From Takakia lepidozioides (taxonomy: Eukaryota > Plantae > Bryophyta), in the NCBI GenBank assembly GCA_030704615.1, contig CM060733.1:34410001-34474000 (forward strand): a DNA stretch of 64,000 nucleotides, read 5' to 3'. How positions within the stretch are numbered: position 1 is the stretch's first letter; every line of letters starts with the position of its first letter. Positions 61,693-64,000 of the stretch are shown piece by piece. The notes beneath the pieces were generated by a model. The model was not told the origin of the DNA. It searched no databases and saw only the letters and a list, made by a program, of their open reading frames with translations. The position numbers and the translations under genes are program-made.

Positions 61693-62611
61693 AATATTTG
61701 GCGAGCTTGAGGAGTCTTTGGTGACTTGTGTGAGGGACTATTTGGGGTCCTCGAGGGCTAAGTTTTGGCAGGCTCTTGGGGCCTTGGTGTACTGTTTTGG
61801 AGTCCCATTGTGCAAGGATTGGGAGCCTTAGTGAGATTGTTTGAGAGACATATTCTTGAGGGCTCCTGGAGAGTTATTTGAGAGACCCTTGAAAGGTAGT
61901 CTTGTCTATTGTTCAAGCAAGAGAGTGTGGAGATAGGGTAGTGGGATGAGGGCATGCTGGGATTAGGAATTGCTTTAGTCTCTCTTCCTTGTAGTCTTTC
62001 ACCTTCTCTGTAGGCCAAAACCTTTCCGTAGGTGGAGGCAAGAGTCAGTCCGGGTTTGGGCTGGGGTGTCATTGCAGGAGCAACACTGTGGAGTGTTTTT
62101 GGTGTGGGGGAGTTGTTGTCTTGATTTTCTTGTGTTTGGATCCCCTCCACACCTGCATGCTTGACTGTGCGTTATGTTAGCTTTGTGTGGGCGCTTGTTT
62201 TCATAGGAGGTTGGTCCGGATTTGATCACCGGTCAATCGTAGAGCGTGCTGTCGATGGTGAGGCTGGGTTGATGACCATCAGACCATAGGAGTGCTTGCG
62301 GTGGATGTAGGTGCATGTTTATGTTACGAACCTAATAGTCTAAGCCATAAGCCGCAACAGGTTCTCTACCCGGTTACCTTGTGGAAAGGGGATTAGTGAC
62401 AGGTTTACAACAGGTGTGGTTGTGAGTTTCAATCACGGAAGTGCCACCAGTTGCTGAGGAGAGTGCCGGTACGAGACCAACGATACTAGTGGGTATACAA
62501 GACGAGGTGTGCAGTTTAGGCCACTTTCACCTTCAGTGTTTTCTGAGGAATGTTCAGACTCAGAGTTAGGAGGATTCTCGGCCGAGGGTGCAAGCCATTT
62601 CCGTGCCATTG

Positions 62612-63949
62612 TTGTGGGATACGATGGAGGAAATGTATGGAGCTACCAAGGGGCCACATCGGTATTCTGGAGCTGTGGGCACCATCGAGCTTGATGATTT
62701 CATACAGGAGTTTGATAGTTGGTGTGATTTGCAGCAGATGTGCAATCCACAACTGTTTACGCCTTTTATGGCGTGAAAGGGGCTGTTTCAGTACCTTGAT
62801 GGAACGTCCATGGATGACTACCATGACTTTAGGTGGGGACATGAGGTGGAGATTGAGGAATGGCGGGTATATTGGTCACCTGACTATGTCTCCATCACTA
62901 GAGGCACAAGGGCAGTGGTGACATCGACAGCTACACCGGCAGTTTCTGCTAGTAGCAGTGGGATGTCAAGTGGAACAGGAGCTGGGAAGTCCACCCAAGC
63001 TCCTGCTGCAGCACAAACACTCGTGCCTACTTTTAACCCAGTTGTGGAGTTCTTCGAGGAGTTAAGGAGAAACTACCAGGGGATAAGGACGGAGAAATTG
63101 CGGAGTTTGCAAGAGTTCCAACGAAAGTCTACCGAGAGTTTAAGGGAGGCTTACACGCGCATGAGACGATTGATAAATGTAACCCAAGGGGTTACGGAAG
63201 CTCAAGCAGTCCAATTCTGGTATGGGATATTGGACAAGGAGCTAAGGAGAAGGGTGCGGGATGCAACTCTCCTACAAGTGGCCCAACCCACCTTAGCAAA
63301 CGTGTTTTTGCTGGCAGAGCGGATAGAGCTCAATATGGTGGAGAAGCGAGTGGTCATGGTGGGGTTTGGTAAGGAGACACAACGAAGTGGGGCTCCTAGC
63401 CAACAACAACCACTACCCCAACGTGCTCAAGGCAACAAAGAGGCTCAGGCGAAGCCCAGGGAAGGACAGAAAGGATCTCAATTGCAGAGGTTACTTCCTT
63501 CATTCTCAAGCCAACAACAGTCGGGAGTGACATGTTAGGATTGTGAAGGACCCCATATTAAGAGAGATTGCCCGGAGAGAGGCAAAAGGTCGGCACAGGC
63601 ACAGCCTACACAACCACAATGTAGGCATTGTGGAAAATATGGGCATGAAGAGACCCATTGTTATGACTTGCATCCTGAGCTGTGGCCAGGCCAGTTCCAA
63701 TGGAACAATGGTGGCCGAGGACGAGGCAATGTATTCCAAAGAGGTAGAGGAGGCAGACGTCGTGGTGGAGGTCGTAACCAAAACCAAGGAGCACAGGGTC
63801 AGGGTCAAGGTCATGACCAAGGCATGGTGGATATGCTTGCCCAGCTAGAGCAACGTCTTGCTACCATGGTCACTACTCATGTTGCGCCAGCTCCAAGGCC
63901 TAAGGTTCAAGCCCCACCTGCACAACCTCCTATGCCTAGGGAAGACTAG
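62612..63949 (+). pseudogene. Ty3/Gypsy gag (second copy of the 53450-54380 gag) with two zinc knuckles
   Basis: Single frame with in-frame stops at 62774-62776 and 63536-63538. Knuckles C*DCEGPHIKRDC and CRHCGKYGHEETHC, followed by an RGG-rich segment. The element continues past the window end. Confidence 0.88.
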
Positions 63950-64000
63950 ATTGGTATGGGCTTCATGTGTGGAGCCGCATTTGCAGGACCATTGCATGTG

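Overview
Eukaryotic, intron-containing, repeat-dense land-plant DNA; a non-flowering lineage (lycophyte, fern or bryophyte) is my inference and is not proven. Two intact-looking host genes face each other: a 9-exon DHHC protein S-acyltransferase (+, 15954-22760) and a 12-exon CTLH/CRA-domain gene (-, 28916-38962). They are flanked by nested, mostly decayed transposons: Ty3/Gypsy, Ty1/Copia, hAT, CACTA, Tc1/mariner-type and piggyBac-like MITEs, LINE remnants and tRNA-derived SINEs. The standout is a Ty3/Gypsy retrotransposon (-, about 42575-48340, with a gag remnant at 53450-54380). Its pol carries a complete-motif DNMT3-type cytosine-5 DNA methyltransferase between the protease and reverse transcriptase, and its integrase ends in a PHD finger instead of a chromodomain. 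A related RT fragment (541-698) and a second copy of the same gag (62612-63949) suggest a multi-copy family.
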